Part shown: positions 1 through 14,400 of the stretch, in pieces
Layout of the letters: every line of letters starts with the position of its first letter
How positions within the stretch are numbered: the first letter of the stretch is position 1
Notes under the pieces: generated by a model
Seen by the model: the letters and a program-made list of their open reading frames with translations, nothing else
What the model was told of the DNA's origin: nothing
The model's database searches: none
Translations under genes and position numbers: made by a program
Assembly (NCBI GenBank): GCA_028534125.1
Contig: CM052818.1
Span: forward strand, 38,380,001-38,444,000
Reading direction: 5' to 3'
Length of the DNA: 64,000 bases
DNA from: Lama glama
Lineage: Eukaryota

Positions 1-299
1 AGCTGAGGGTGCCTGATTGAAAGCATAGTGAGAAAAATTGATAACGCTACAGGGAATTATTAATATTTACATTTGGCTAAGGTTTAAGGTCTGCTTGTGG
101 GTAAACAGTAGATAATGTAGCTGGAAAGAGGAATCGACTGAAAGGCAGGAAGACTGGACTATATTCTGTGAGAGATATGGATTCTTCAGAGGTGTTTAAA
201 CTATGGAATGACAGTCTTTACGAATCTCACAGACCACGTCTCATCTTGCTGAGCCTTTATGAAGAAAGCAGGATTAGAGAGGCACCAGCACCAGAAGGA

Positions 300-480
300 A
301 AGGGTTTGAACTCAGACAGCTCTGGGCTATAATCCTAGCTTTGGTACTCAGAAGCGATGTAGTCCTGTTGAGTTAGTTCCTGACTCCTTGGGATAAAGTG
401 AGCAGTGTGATACCCCCTTCTCATGGTTGCTGTGTACTTTAAAGAGCACAGATTTAAGGTACCCAGTACATAGGAATCAA
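300..480 (+). mobile_element. MIR SINE, degenerate
   Basis: MIR-like order of motifs: 'tcagacagctctgggctataatcctagct' ... 'ctcatggttgctgtg' ... 'cagtacatagg'. Confidence 0.55.
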
Positions 481-1229
481 TTACCATGTGAAGAACCGCA
501 ATTGGTGATGGTTGAAATAGTTGTAGCCGTGTTTACCAGGCCCGCCCCTCAGAAGTAGGACATAATGATGACAGCAAGCATTGCAGCTGGAGAAGGGGTA
601 TGACCAGCTGGAGAGGAACCACATTCCTTCTCAAAACAAGCACAACATGACAATTTCCTGCTGGACAGGAGAGAAGAAGATCTAGAAGGGAGAGCTGCAA
701 TTGCTCATCAGCTCATCCTTATGTGTGTCCATGTGTACCTATCAAAACACAGCAGTGCCTACAAATCAGTGTCTGGTGCCCCACCATCAAAGCAACTTCC
801 AAAGACACAGCTTCTGGTATAACCTGAGTCTGAATTTGGGGACAGGGCCCAAAAGTGCACACTTAATAACACACCTCAACTTCGCCCCAGTGCATAGTGT
901 CAAAAAATTCAACGTGTGAGACTTAGGCAGCAATCATTAGCCACACATCAGATTCTGTCTACCCTGCCAACAAGGGATGAAGGAGCCAGCACTCATGAAG
1001 GACATTCAGGAGAGAGGAGACCTGGCACAACAGGGATTTATGCGCGGCATTTTATTTCTTAGAGGGCAAACATAGACTATGCTTCTTGAGATCTTAAGAA
1101 AGAAGGCTTCTACTCAGACTGTAGCCTACACAGGACAGTATACAGGAGAACAGGACATTCCATTAAGAAGAACTATATCTTCAGAGTAGACAGGGGAAGG
1201 GAAAGGCAACCACAGCATTACACGTTGAC

Positions 1230-1669
1230 TGTCAGGGTCTGCGAATGGTCTGAGATGTTACCCTATCTTGCAAGCTAACAAGTTAACTTGCCACAATTTC
1301 ATGAAGGCTTTCTCGAGTCAGAGACAAAAGCCTTTGTTACTCACAACAAAAGCAGTGGCCAGAGGGTCAGCACAGATCACAGAGCCTCCATTCCCTCAGG
1401 GGCAGCGCAGGTGGACCTAGATAGATGCATAGGAAGTGGGCTGCATTACAAGAGAGGAGTACTGAGCCTCAGAACCCATCTTTTTATAAGAATGTGCAAG
1501 AAAACCTGCTCTCTATCTTGGAGGAGACATTACCTAATCCCTCAAGGTTACTTGCTGCAAACAAACCTTGAAAAATGGCCCAGAAAAAGAGCGTTCAAGG
1601 CCTCACAATCCTGGCATATCGAGCAAGATGTATAGAAGCACAAGAGACCCATAAAAGAGTCTCTCCACA
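1230..1669 (-). mobile_element. ERVL solo LTR, LTR40-like
   Basis: TG...CA ends; 'ttaccctatcttgcaagctaacaagtt', 'gtcagagacaaaag', 'agagacccat...tctccaca' match my recollection of the LTR40 reverse strand. Confidence 0.7.
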
Positions 1670-3279
1670 CTAAACCTTATCCCACCGGGGCCAGCCTCCA
1701 ACTGTATAACTCAACATCCTAATACTGTCTCTCTCCTTTGAAGCAGGCGTCTTTTTCTAAAGTCAAAGGTAGGGGTTGGGCTTTAAGGCTCATGGGGATG
1801 AGACCCTTCTAAAGGTGCTTTTATTTCATCAGTCTCCTTAATAACTCCTTAGTGACTGTGATATGAAAACCAAGGGTCAAACTTACACACACACACACAC
1901 AAGGTGAGGGAGAAGGAGGAGAAAAAGAGAAAAAGTGATTCAGCTTCCTTTCCAAGCTATCCCTGGCTCTGTAAGGCTGAAATCAGAATATTCCAGCCCT
2001 GGGGAAGAAACTTCGGTTAATTCTCCAGTTCACAATCTGCCACATAAATCAGAGTAATACGGTAAGCTGTGATAAGCACAGCGACACACGTGGAGCTCGA
2101 TTAAGTCTTTTGTTCTCCCCGGTGAAAGGGAGAAAGGCTTCTATACATGATCTAGCAATATCACATTATCTGCTATTTTTTAATATTGCACATCTTAAAG
2201 TCATATCTGGGGTTGTTTTGTGAAAAGTGAACTGATGAGTAATTTAGAATGGTATCTTAGCACCTCTCCCTGCATATAAAAAAATGTAATCTGACTTAAT
2301 TGTATGTTGCCATGATAACATTAAGAAAGTCCCCAAGGGGTAACTGGGACACGTCCGGCTTAATGAAAAGTCAAAGGACATTACTTGAATGTATGTGAAC
2401 TCTGGTTTCATGCTTGCACTGCATGTTTTTCAGGATGTGGTGCTGGCGTCCCTCTCCTGAGAGCTTGGAGTGCACAGCAGTGTCGGTGGTGGCTCGCCTT
2501 TGCTTAAGGAGCTAATTAACTGCTTATCATGATTTTCTCATTTGGAAATCAAGAGGCTTATGGAAATCCTTTGGAACCATGAGTTGGAATTCATGCCACT
2601 TCATTGCTCATTGAAGTCGGAACGCTTTTGACTGTGACAGTTTTTGTGTTGTGTTTTTCCTGGTGCATCCATAACACTGAAAACCATCCCAGGCATTGAA
2701 TCTGTGTGCCTGCATAACAACAAAGTAAGTGCCTGGAGGGAAAAACATGCAGTAGAAGCAAGAATTACCAAGGCAAAATATGTCTGCATTTATATGAAGA
2801 CAAACTCCACTCAGGGCCGGCCAGAGCACAGAAGAATTAGGTCATCGTTTATTCGGTAGAGAACTGATCAGAGTCAACAATGTAGACAAAAACTGGAGAC
2901 TAGGAAGGGTCATCAGATGGTTCACATCATCAGGGTTTAACAAATGAAGAAAAGACTGAGGGTGAGCACTCAGAATGCCAAGAGAAAGAGATGATCAAGA
3001 GAACTCAAGCAATTAAAAAAAAAAAAACCCACGGCTATGGACAGCTCTGGGTCCACTCACAGCTCAGAAAGCAGCCTTTGGATTTGTGTGGCTTCTACTT
3101 CCTGGCCACAGAGGGAAAACTTCTGTATCCCTCCTTCCCTTGTCAGAGGCTAACCCTGTGCTTTGCACAGCTATTGGCATTTATTGACTGTTAAACTTGA
3201 AACCTATTCAATTCCCCTTTGATGCCTCACCTCACTCTCCTCTCCCACCCCAAACATCTAGAATTCACATACTTGTCTC

Positions 3280-3690
3280 AGCCCCTGGTTCGATCACAGC
3301 CTTTTTCTCACTCTGTTCCCTCCTCCTTTAATCCTTCTCCTGTCTCTGTTCTCTCCTCATCTCTGCCCATTTAGACATATCTGTTCTTCAAAACTGGCGA
3401 AACTCAAATGCCAGCTCATCTACGAAGATTTCCTCATTCTTCACCTATTCCTCCATCAGAATTCCTCATTCCTTCACCTATGTTCTCATGAGTTTTGGTT
3501 ATTATTTGCAGTTTAATACTTATTACACTTTTCACTATTTATAGACATGTATACACTAGTCTCTAGCTCACTAGGTCAAGTTATTTCTTGAGGACAGTAT
3601 CCATGTCTGTCTTCTTTCTGTATATATGTAACTGAACATAGTGCTTCAAATTTAACACATGCTTCAAAAACGTGGGCTAAATATTAAGCT
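3280..3690 (+). mobile_element. L2 LINE 3' end
   Basis: Pyrimidine-rich body, 'ctcaaatgccagctc', 'tcttgaggacagtatccatgtctgtc', decayed L2 tail. Confidence 0.6.
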
Positions 3691-6605
3691 GAAATTAAGT
3701 GAACACTAACCGTCTTGGAATGGTGGGAAGGTTCTGAATTTCCCAGAAGACTATGATGTGAGAATCCACAGTGAAAATCATGCCCTACAGGCTGGGAGCT
3801 CACTGGGGTTCCCTCCATAGCAGATGGACCACCCTGTGGGCCACACTGTGAAGACTGTTACATGCAATGCAGGAGGAAGGAGTTACATATAACATATGAG
3901 AAACTCAAGTACCAGACTCCAAAGGAGCAGGTCTGTGGACTCAAAGCCAGCTCTGTCACTGGCTGCAGCTCATCACCTGGGACTTCACAGTGGGCACAGA
4001 GCAGTCCATTATGGTGATATACAGTGACACATCCAACCCAAAGTAAATGCTCTTTTTGCTTCTTAAATGTCACAATGTTTATTTCTCCTGAGCTGCCTCT
4101 TTGTGAGTTGGAGCACTTAAATCTCTCAGCCTTTCCAGGTGGCAGTCACAGTAAATCCCCGCTTAAGAGTCTCCTCACGTGACAGAGGGTCTTAGATTGG
4201 ATACAGGAAAAGACGTGACACTCAGACAGGTGGGATCGTGCCACCCGATTGTGCAAAAGACCCCAAATCCAAGCTTTCCTGAGATGTAGGTCTGCTTGGT
4301 TTGTTGGCCTTCTTTAGTCATCTTCATAAGGATGGTATTCTTTGAGGAAGAAGATGGTATGGCAAACTCAGAGAAAGTTTAGGGCACGTGGAGTCTTGGA
4401 TATTGATTTGAGAATCTTTGACAGAATGGTAATGGAATTCAGGCAATGCAAGGGTTCAGATAAATTCAAAGTGGATTCAACTCAATTTGAAGAGTAGAAG
4501 CTATTGGCAAGCCCAGTTAAGACAGAGAAAAGTTCAGTTAGGTATGGAAGTGGAGAAAAAGGGAAGCATGTAGATTGTGGCTGGAAAATCCCGACTCAGA
4601 TTCAAGGTTTTAGGTTTGTCTAGTGATAGAGAAAATCTGGACACTGGGGTACCTATGGGTAGGTATTAGGGACTGGAAACAAAAGGAACAGTTCTGACAC
4701 TTGGATACCAGATAGCTGCTGAAACCAAAGAGGAGATAAAAAGCAAGGACAAAAAAATTTGATTCGTATGATTAATTAATAATTGAAGAAGCAGCCATCA
4801 GTTTTGGAGGCAGTAGAGGATGGAGGTATGGGTGTAGAAATAAAGGGGTAAACAGAAAGCATGAATTAAAAGGTACAGAAAAGAGTAAAGAGGCATTGGT
4901 CTGTTAGAGACACTGCCACCGTGTTCAGCTACAAATATCCTTGAGAAACAGTCATGCTTTTAAATGATGTCAGTCATTTATCTTATGAGGAAGACTTTCA
5001 TGTTGATTTCTGATAGCAAGATGGGGTAGAATATTGATAAACAGGGGCTGGCGGTAGACCCTGAAATCTGAGGTAAAAAGGGAGAGCTGGGGTGAGGAGG
5101 GAGGCCAAAGAGAACCTGAATTCACACTTTCACCAGGATTTGTTAGGGGGAGACAGGACTGAACAGGTAAGATACATGTGAAGGTCATGACCCAGGATGG
5201 AAAGCACAGGGGGACAGGCGTCTTCCTTGAATCCCTATGTACTCTGTAACACTTACAGAAGGATGGAGAATTGGTTTCCTGAACCCAGCAAGTCACATAG
5301 GAACCGACTGCTGCCTACAGATGCCCCATGACAGAGGCAGAGCCTGAAGCAAAAGGCACAGAATAAAATGTAAGATGACTCATTTTGTTGTTGGCTCTCC
5401 ACCAGGGTCAGGGCGTGACCAGCAGCCAGGAACCACGGCTACATGCTGACCAGTGGCAGACAGAGTGCTTCTCCATTACTAGGTTAGTCGCCTCAAGGAA
5501 AGATCCCGGATGATGGTCCAGCTCTTGGGCACCACTGTCCTTCCAACAACTGAGCAACATTTGAATCATGACAAACCTTCTGAGCAGCTTGTGGCCCCTG
5601 CAGGGACAGTTCATCTTCCTCAGACAACTCCAGCCAGCAAGATGCCTCACAGCCCGCTGTCGGCCACTGCCGCCCACACCCAGTCTGTCTGACGGGCTGC
5701 TCAGTCCCAAACAAGGGCAAACCCTAACTTGGAGCTTCACTCCGATTTGTGGTCTGTTGTTACTCTCAGAGTAATGCTTCTCAGGAGGTCCCAACCTAAA
5801 ACACGGACTTCTGACTTGTTTTCCTCAAATACTAGTGAATTTCTTCCCAATGGTGATCCTTTTGCACAAGTGACTGGTCTGAGAGATATAACATAACCCT
5901 CTGGCCATCTCCTCTGATTTCATCTGTGGAACCAGCAACAGAGAGAACGAGGGAGAGGCTGGACCCTGTAGAAACTCCAAGCTGAGGACCTGGGTTTTTA
6001 TCTGCCTTCACTGCTCGGTTAAGCCTTCTGTTCCTTCTTCAATCCATTCCTACTCAACTCTGGCTAATTTCTCCAGAGGCACTACTCTGAGGCTGTATAA
6101 AGCAAAATGGCTGCTTATGCCTACACGCTGGGAGACATTCTCAGCTGTGCCTTCATCAATTCAAAGTATTTGGCAGGACATTTTTTAAATATCCATTTGC
6201 CTTTTCTCCCATTCTGCCGATTTTCTCTCTGCTTTTGAACTTTCTTTTGTATTAATATGGGTCCCATTATTGAGTCAAAAGCCACAACATGTCTTTCCTC
6301 CTAGATAAGCGGGGCAGAGAGAAGAGAGCAGCAAATAGAAATTTCTAAAGGACTTGAGGGCATAACCTAATTCCTCTTTAAGGCCTCACTGCTTTCAAAT
6401 ATTTAATAACATAAAACATTGAATAATCAGGTATCTTTGGATAGGCAAATGGTGATTTTGTGGGTTTCTGGCAGGCAATGACGAAAAATAAATAGGCCTC
6501 TCTGGTGGCAAGTACAAAAGCTTCATTTCTGTCTAGCACTTGAATTTGGACATAAATGCAACTGTTGAGTATTGAAAAGAGCAAAGCTGAATGCTTTGAG
6601 TGACA

Positions 6606-6812
6606 AATAATAACAGTAGTAAAATCTAATAATATTACTATGTGCTTTACTTATATTATTCTCACACAACAATTCCATAAATAGATATAATAATTAACCT
6701 TATTTTCCAGATGAGAAAACAAGTCCAGGGGATTAAGTAGTTTTTGCAAATTTTCACAGCCGCCTAGCAGCCCATTCTATGTTGGAACCCACTGCTCTGA
6801 TGTCCAGAGCCA
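6606..6812 (-). mobile_element. MIR SINE
   Basis: Reverse MIR core 'attttccagatgagaaaacaag...gattaagtag'. Confidence 0.75.
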
Positions 6813-7264
6813 GCCCTCCCTCCCATGAGACCATCCTGTCTCTTATTTAGTAACCCTTGACCAACAGTCAAATCGTCCAGCCAAACAGCCCCCAGCAATG
6901 GCTTGGTCTCTTGGCAGGCTGGTGTAGCCTGCTCTTTGGAAGCACAGAGTACTTCTGATCCCAAGTGTGTATGACCATTCATAGGTTTTTGTGTTTGAAA
7001 AAATGCTGACAACAGCACCGGTCTGACTACAAGTCCAACTTGTGTTCTAAGAAACAGAGTCCCCTGCCCTGGAAATGTTTATTGATGGAGTCAAAACCCT
7101 TGTTGCAGTAACTTTTAGGATATCTCTGAACAAAGGAGAAATCAAATGACTCCTTAGAGAAGGGTCAGTCGTCAGTGCTTGCCAACCTAATGAAGCTGGA
7201 GCCCAGTGGCGGCTTACAGGGAATGTAGCAGAGCGCAGGGGAAAGGGCACCTGCTTTACGGTGA

Positions 7265-7470
7265 AACAGACTCACACGTGAACGAATCTTGGGTCCTTTA
7301 CTGAGGAGTTGCATTGAATTAGTTACGTCACATAAACTCCTCTATACCTCAGTTTCCTTACCTGTAAAATGATGATAACAATACCTTCCTTTCAGGGTGA
7401 CCCTAAGGACTAAGAAAAATAACTTTTATAATATACTAGGCACATATAAGGCCTCAATAAATTAATACCC
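7265..7470 (+). mobile_element. MIR SINE
   Basis: Core 'cctcagtttccttacctgtaaaatgatgataacaatacct' and tail 'ggcacatataaggcctcaataaat'. Confidence 0.8.
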
Positions 7471-7789
7471 TTTACTACTGTTTTCTTTTCAAAATAAATT
7501 TAAAGAAAAAAATCTTTTACCAAATTATATACTACTTATATTAAAATTCATTTCAAATAAGTTGTATTTTATTCAACCTATTATGCTGAAGCAAAATGGT
7601 AATCCACCAAATGTTTTAAATGGTCTGTGTTTTTACAGTATTTGTCAGATGTTACTCAAATACGTAGGAGCTGCCACGTGACACTGTCCTCTTCCAGGCC
7701 TGCAGGTAGAACCACCACCTTGAAGACATGGTTCCAAAGTGTCCCTTTCCTACCCTACACCCTACCCTACACCTGTATCGAAATCACTG

Positions 7790-8030
7790 TCAGAGTAGTA
7801 AAATTTATTTAGAGAGTCATAATCAATTATCTGCAGTGGAATGAAATGCAAAGGAATGAAAAGTATCAGTTCATCCCACATAGTGAGATGAAGTACTGTT
7901 TTATTATATGTTTGCTTCATTTGCATACACATGCAGATATTTTTATATATGTATGCACCTACTAGTTGGTGCCATCAAATATATGTTTTTAGCATGGGTC
8001 CCAATCAAACAAGTCTGAATGTCATTACTT
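7790..8030. mobile_element. Old hAT-type non-autonomous DNA transposon (MER-class) fragment
   Basis: 'aaagtatcagttcatcccacatagtgag' and end 'tgggtcccaatcaaacaagtctgaatgtcatt' resemble hAT-Charlie MER elements; subfamily uncertain. Confidence 0.45.
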
Positions 8031-10914
8031 TGCATGGTACTCAGGCTATCTGGATGGAGTCTCCTGGCAACACTTTGTATGGACTTGTTTTAGGCACAAG
8101 AATTGGGTTCAGCTTGTCACCCATAACGTCATGATGTCATCTTCAACCGTGATCACATTAGCTGGCTCACTCAGAGACAAAAATCTACGGCTAAAGAATG
8201 GATAAGTGAAGTCATCAGAGCACAGATGGAATGATTCTGTTTGCAAACAGCTGCTGTATGGGGTAGCCTCTGTCACCTATTCAAGCACTTGCACTCATTT
8301 TCGAGGACTCTGTCATGAATTCAAACCAACACATGTCGCTCCATGGATCCCCAGACAGAGCAGGGGAAGGGAGGAGATAAGCAGAAGGTTTTCTTTCTTG
8401 GAGTAAATGCTGATTAATTTGGTCCCTTGGAATTATTTGCTTTACTTAATCAAATAATAGTCTACTATCTTTGTTTTATTTCCTGTACTTGTGCCATAAA
8501 GGAAATAGTTTGAACTGCATTTTACTCTCAGATTCTCGGCAGTAATCAGATTTCCTTCTAACAGTTCTTGTTTCTTTCCAGTTCCTGTTTGTCATCTTCT
8601 ACCACTTCTCACCTCAAAATTCTAGTGCTAACCCATGATATATGTGATCTATCTTTAAACTTAGCTCCAGAAATAATATGTATGCCTACACTTTCCCCTA
8701 AAGAGTGTATTTATTTCCTGATCTGAATATAATTTGTTTGGCTTTGGTTACAGTTGTAAGAAGAAAATTTCTAAGAGAGACAATCAGATCAGATAGAGAA
8801 TGTATTAACATAATCAGGGCTTCTAAGAAAAAGCAATTTTGACAGATTAGAAATTGTATCTTTGTGTGGATACTGCCCAAGTTGTCAAGCCCTCTTCCCA
8901 TGGTGACAGCAGCTCTCTCAAACTTCTGGGACTCCCTGTCTTCTCATCACATTACGGAAAGCCAGCCTGGAGCTATATTTGGACCTTTCTGTCAAAGAAG
9001 ACTAAGAAACAGGAAGTAAAGCTCCCTACTTGAAGTTTCCAGTAGCTGTTGCTGATGCTCCTAGATGGTACCGCAGAAGTTCCATTTTATGGAGCTAGAA
9101 GTGGGGCAGAAGGAGAATAAATAACCTACACTTCTGAAGAAGGGGGTCTCTGTTCCCCTTCATATGAAATCTGGCAATGTTTTTGTCTCAATTTGGAAAA
9201 CCCACCAGCAACAAACAATTCTTTACATTAGACTGAAAGTTACCAGTGAGTACATCTATCAGAGCGGGCTGGGAGCCCAGCTCACGACTGTGGAAGATGT
9301 GGGAAGGCAGACACATTTAGTCTTTCCCTCTCTCTGCACAGCCATTAGGGACCCTGGCGAGAAAGTAGCCGCCAGCCCAGGGAGAAAGGGCAGAGCAGTG
9401 CTGAGTGAACAAAGCAGATATTTAGTGCTTATAGATAATATCCAACTCTGGCATCAGTGGAGAGCATGGCCGGTGAGGGCATCTCCTAGGAAACCATCAG
9501 ATAACACTGGGAGAGACAGGCTTTAACATAAAAAGAGCTGCAGGGGAAACAATGCATGTTAGCTAGAAATGAGTCATAATTCATAATGTAGCAGTCATTT
9601 CTTGTACGACAAATCGGCCTGAACTGCTCACATGGAAGTATCGAGGCTTAGCAGAGGATCCTGTGCTCCTGACTATCTAGAGGTCAGCATCTCACCTACC
9701 AGGTGAGGGGGAAGAAGCAGAATCCTGACCTGTTAGAGAGCAAACAACCCACCTTCCCAGTCAGCCCCAGGCACTGAGGGGAGCAGCAGTGATCATGAGG
9801 ACTGAAGAGAAAGCATGACACTGGGATGGAGGTGGCCAGGCTCCTGACCTGCGGAGTGACCTGCATGGAGGCATATGTGGTTGACAGGATGGCAAGTGCC
9901 AAGAGAACCCACAGCCCTCGAGCCTTTCCCTTTCTCCATTCCCAGGACTTCATCTTTCCCCTCCCTCTCTTCCTTCACACACATGCACACACACACACCA
10001 CACACACTTTCACACCTTTCAAAGTTCTGCTCCACCCTTTCCCTGTTAGAACCTACTTCCAGGATTCATTGGGAGGTTAACTTAAAAAAAAAATTTTAAG
10101 TAAGATCCTTTGGGGACAGCCCTTCCTTCATTCATCTGACTATTTAGTCATGAAGGCATGCTTGTAAGTGCATCCTGTTTGCTAAGCAACTTTCTGGGAC
10201 AAAGCAGAGGCCAGCTGAGTATCTCCAGTCCAGCGCCAAGCCCCACATTGATGCCAGCCGAGCCAGACAGAGGAACTGGAAATGTTGCTCCTCTCACTTA
10301 TGACTGGTCAAATTCTTGGTTGCCAAGCAACAGGTGGTGCTAGTACAATAATAAATAAACATACTTCATAATAATCTTCTGAATTTCGTCATTAAATCAT
10401 TAAAAAAAATTCTTCCTTGGAGAACTGTAGAATCAGGAGGATGCATACAGTTGCCACGCTGCAGTTGTGTCCTGACTGAATGTGGTGTTCCTGCCTGGTT
10501 AGGGACATGTTTTTATCCATATGCTTCTCCTGCCCAGAAGTTTTCCATTGAGATCGTCAGGATCTATACCAGTATTATTTCAGGTGGCATGCACTGGTTA
10601 CCGAAGACATTAAGATTTCATAGAGCCAGTCAATCCACACAAGTACTTTGATTCAGAATTTTGGCTCTGATCTGATAACAAAATCTTCCTAAAACTCATC
10701 TGAGCCTCCTTCAAGACAGACATGGTGTGCTAAATTGAGCAACAGTGTAAACAGAATCGCCAGAGAATTAAAAGGACAAATCAGTGTAATGTCCGTTAAA
10801 AAGAAGTTTAAAATGTGACCTTTATGAAGGAAGTGGTTAGTGCCATAGACTAGCATTCCGGTGGGAGGGGTTTCAGAGTATTCACATTCACTTACCATAG
10901 GAATGGAAAAAGCA

Positions 10915-11110
10915 TTTTATGATCAGACCAATCTACCCGAATCCTAGCCTAGTCACTTAAAGCCAACAAATTGAACCTCACCTTAATCCATTAATTCAAA
11001 AGAGAAAATTATCCTGGAAGCAATCACACCCAGCTATTGTAAGATTAAATGAGCTAAGTAATGAATCGTGCAAATTCCAGTCCTGGCTCATAATAGGTGC
11101 TTAATAAGTA
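10915..11110 (+). mobile_element. MIR SINE
   Basis: 'tattgtaagattaaatgagctaa' ... 'cctggctcataataggtgcttaataa'. Confidence 0.7.
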
Positions 11111-12719
11111 CCCCCTCCACTGCCTTGCCTTCCACGGATCAGAAATGTCATTGGGCTCATTACAGTTACAGTAGCTCTGACTGCTTAAACAGCCGGGTGC
11201 TGCACTAAAAGAGAGCTCTAGTTCAGCCTCCTCACAAATGCAAACTGACTGTTCCCATTAGCACACATTAGCAATGCTCCTGGCACTAACAGTGAAAGAT
11301 TCACACACTACATTTTTACAAACTCTTTAAAAGACTCTCTTCTCTCTCAATCAGTAATGGCTACTCTGACTTGAAGCCCCTCCCCTCACTCACTCTTCTC
11401 TTTCTCACTGCCCCTGCTTGTCCACTGTCTCTTTTATTCCGTGTCCACCTTCAGCCCTCACCCTGGACACACTGACCTCCCCTTCCCCTTCTCCTGCTAA
11501 ATTTAGAGGCTGAGCTGTCTCCCTGGTGTGAGAGGTTGGAGAACTGTGGCAGCGGGCTACAGAGCCGGTCTCGAGTTGGCTGTCGGCAGTGAGGGAAGGA
11601 CAAATGTCAGGAGGATCCGCTACCCGCTGCCCTCCCTTAGCCCCAGCATTCACTCCTCTGCAGCCTCTCTTGACAGGCAGGGTAAAAGGAGGAGGGCATG
11701 GAGGGCCTTTGAAGTCTGGCTGCCTGTCACCGGAGCTCAAAGAGACCAAGGGCTTGTCAGAGCACAAGTCACTGGGGCTCTCTCCCTTTCCCAATTAATT
11801 CAGTTGGCTCCGGAAGGAACAGGACTGTGATATGCCCAGAACGGAGTCGAAAGCACAGCTCACTGGTGCAATGCTGAAGCATCTAAAATCTTTTCTAAGC
11901 ACCCAATTCCAGCCATGTTTGAAGAACTTTATTCACTCTTCCGTGGGTAGTAGCCCCCAGAGTGTTAACTCAGAGGTGGGAATCCAAAGATTCTTTCCTT
12001 TGATCCCTCTCTTGGCCTCACATGTTGGCCAATGTCAAGAATCCTGTCACCAGAATTTCCTATCTTTATTTGGGCTTCATTTCTTCCCATGCTCCACGTC
12101 TGCCTGAAAACCAGCTCCACTCATTTGTAAGAACTGATAACTCTCTGGCCATTTTGAGAGCATGTTTGGAAAAGGATAAGCACAAATCCTCTGAAAGTGG
12201 GCGCCAGGGAGCATTGGGGGAGTGGCTGAAAGAGAGAGACAAGAGACCCCAAAGACAAATGCCTCAGCTCACCAGGTAGCCCATTCGTCCCCCTATAGCA
12301 CTGTTTTGATTCTAAAGTTTTAATTGAACTAATGTTTATTAACTCTCTGCTGTGTGCCCAGCCTTGCACAGGTGCATTCACTCATGTTCTGTCTTATAAT
12401 CCCCTCCCCAAGGAGAAGCTAGCTAGAATAACACACACTTACTCACTGCCCACTCCTGGATATGTCCAGGCTGCTTTCAAAGGACACATGGAGGAGCAGA
12501 GAGTAGAAGGGATTGGAAATAATCTTATCCACAGGGCTGGAATGGCATCAGGTCAGCACCCAGAAATGGAGCCAAGAGACTGGAAAGGAGAGTGCTGAAG
12601 GACAAAACTAGGGTTTACTTCAGAAGTTTTGAAGACTATGATTGAAAGGACTTACTGAGGTCAAGCATCATTGGGGAAAACTTGATGTGCCTTTTCACAA
12701 AGACAGTTCTTGGGTTAGG

Positions 12720-12945
12720 ACAGCACCGTGCTGGGCAGTATACACGGTACTAGATTAGAACTCAGAAGTCCAGAGCTCTGGAGCCAGCCCTGTCCCCAGT
12801 CAGCTAGATGGTTCTGAATAAGTCACATGACCTCACAGAGCATTAGTTTGTAGAGCTGTGTGCAAAAGTCATCTGGTCCACCTCACAGGGTTAGTGTGAG
12901 AACCAAGGCCGCTGCTGGACAGGGAAGTGTTTTGTAACCGGTAAT
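12720..12945 (+). mobile_element. MIR SINE
   Basis: 'aagtcacatgacctc' ... 'cacctcacagggttagtgtgagaacca' ... 'gtgttttgtaa'. Confidence 0.6.
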
Positions 12946-14220
12946 GCGGGAGTTTCCGTCATGCAGCCGGTATCAACACTGACAACAGAAGAAGGCACAG
13001 AAGATGTGGGAAGACAAGTGATCCCCTAAGTTATATGCTGAGACACAAAGTGAGCTTGAGGTACCAAGTGTAGCTTTGATGGCTGTAATGTGATGCTTCC
13101 CATTTCATGGGAAATGCCTGGATGTGGGACCACCTGACCACATCCCTGGGTCAGGTGACTCTCACTGTGTGTCACTTTGTTACAATTAAACCCAGAAGTG
13201 GTACTAGGGTGAGGAGAATGTGTCTATCCAGTGTGCTGTGTCCAGCTCTTACAGAGAAATGCAATATATACTGGAGAGTATAAATGCCTATTAAATGCTG
13301 GGATGGCCAGGTGTTCCATCATTATGTCTTATCATAACACATTTCGACATTCTGTGCCCTTAAATCTGAGCATTCCTTCTCATTCAATGACTACATTCAC
13401 TAACTTGACCTCAGATGAACTGTGCAGAGACGTTATTCTAAGAAAATTAAACACAGAGATATGAAACGATTGAGTTGAGTGTCTGTTGTGGGATATTGTG
13501 GGCCCTCCCCCAGGTCCAGACTCTCTGACCACTCTAGAACTGACACCTTTGCCAGTAACGGTGACTGTGTACATACCGGAAATGACTGACCTTTATCAGC
13601 ACTTCCACAACGTGTCCGAGTACCAAGAAAATGAAGAAATTGGGGATCCTCCCTAGGGGGAAAAAAACTGCATTCAGCTTATGTCACTCTGTTATAAATT
13701 ACAAGCAGTTTCAGCAGCAAAGTAATTCTCTTCAGCCCAAAGATTCACTGCTAGCTGAGGACCACATGATAAAGAGGATCTTTAAGTGCATCTGAAGCTC
13801 AGTCGTCCACACCTGGCCTGGCTGGTGCTATGGGGAGACTGGGTGCCACATCCCCTAACACAGGATTACCTCCAGCAAACAGCCAGGCTCTGGACTGTTA
13901 CATGCGAAGAAGTGAATGAGTAACTCTGGCTCTCCACCTGGCAGTGTGGCCTCGTCACCCGAGCTTTCTGCACCATATTTTATTCACAGCCCAGTGTTAA
14001 CTAGCTTGTGAAAGCCACCATCAGCGAAGAAGCAGCTCTTACAGGGGACAGTCATTCATCAGTTCAGCAAATGGCTACCAACCACTGGCGAGCTTCAGGA
14101 GCGGTGGCAGGCCACGGGTTAAAGGGAGAGGCGAGCACAACCTCCCCAGCGTGTTACCCCAGACACACACATATAACAGGTCTGATACCAGGAAAACAAG
14201 GGACGAGGGAAGAGTGCCTT

Positions 14221-14400
14221 GAGGTGACTGCCGGCAGAGGACACTGGGACACTGGCCGCAGGCCTGGCCTGGTGCCGACACTCTCTGGCGGGTCGGCTGG
14301 GGAGGAGACGGCTCTCCTCTCCCAGGGAAGCCGCTGTTAGGACTGCAGGGCTCGGGATCGGCGCCCGCCAGGACTGGTGGACGCGCCACCTGACTTTATG
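14221..14400. promoter_or_regulatory. Small CpG-rich patch (possible enhancer or CTCF site)
   Basis: About 13 CpGs in 180 bp; partial CTCF-like 'gcgccacctgac' at 14383-14394. Confidence 0.3.

Noticed and set aside
5408..5794. Cluster of overlapping ORFs, with a possible plus-strand exon near 5406-5482
   Set aside because: No recognisable protein similarity; overlapping short ORFs are expected in GC-richer DNA.
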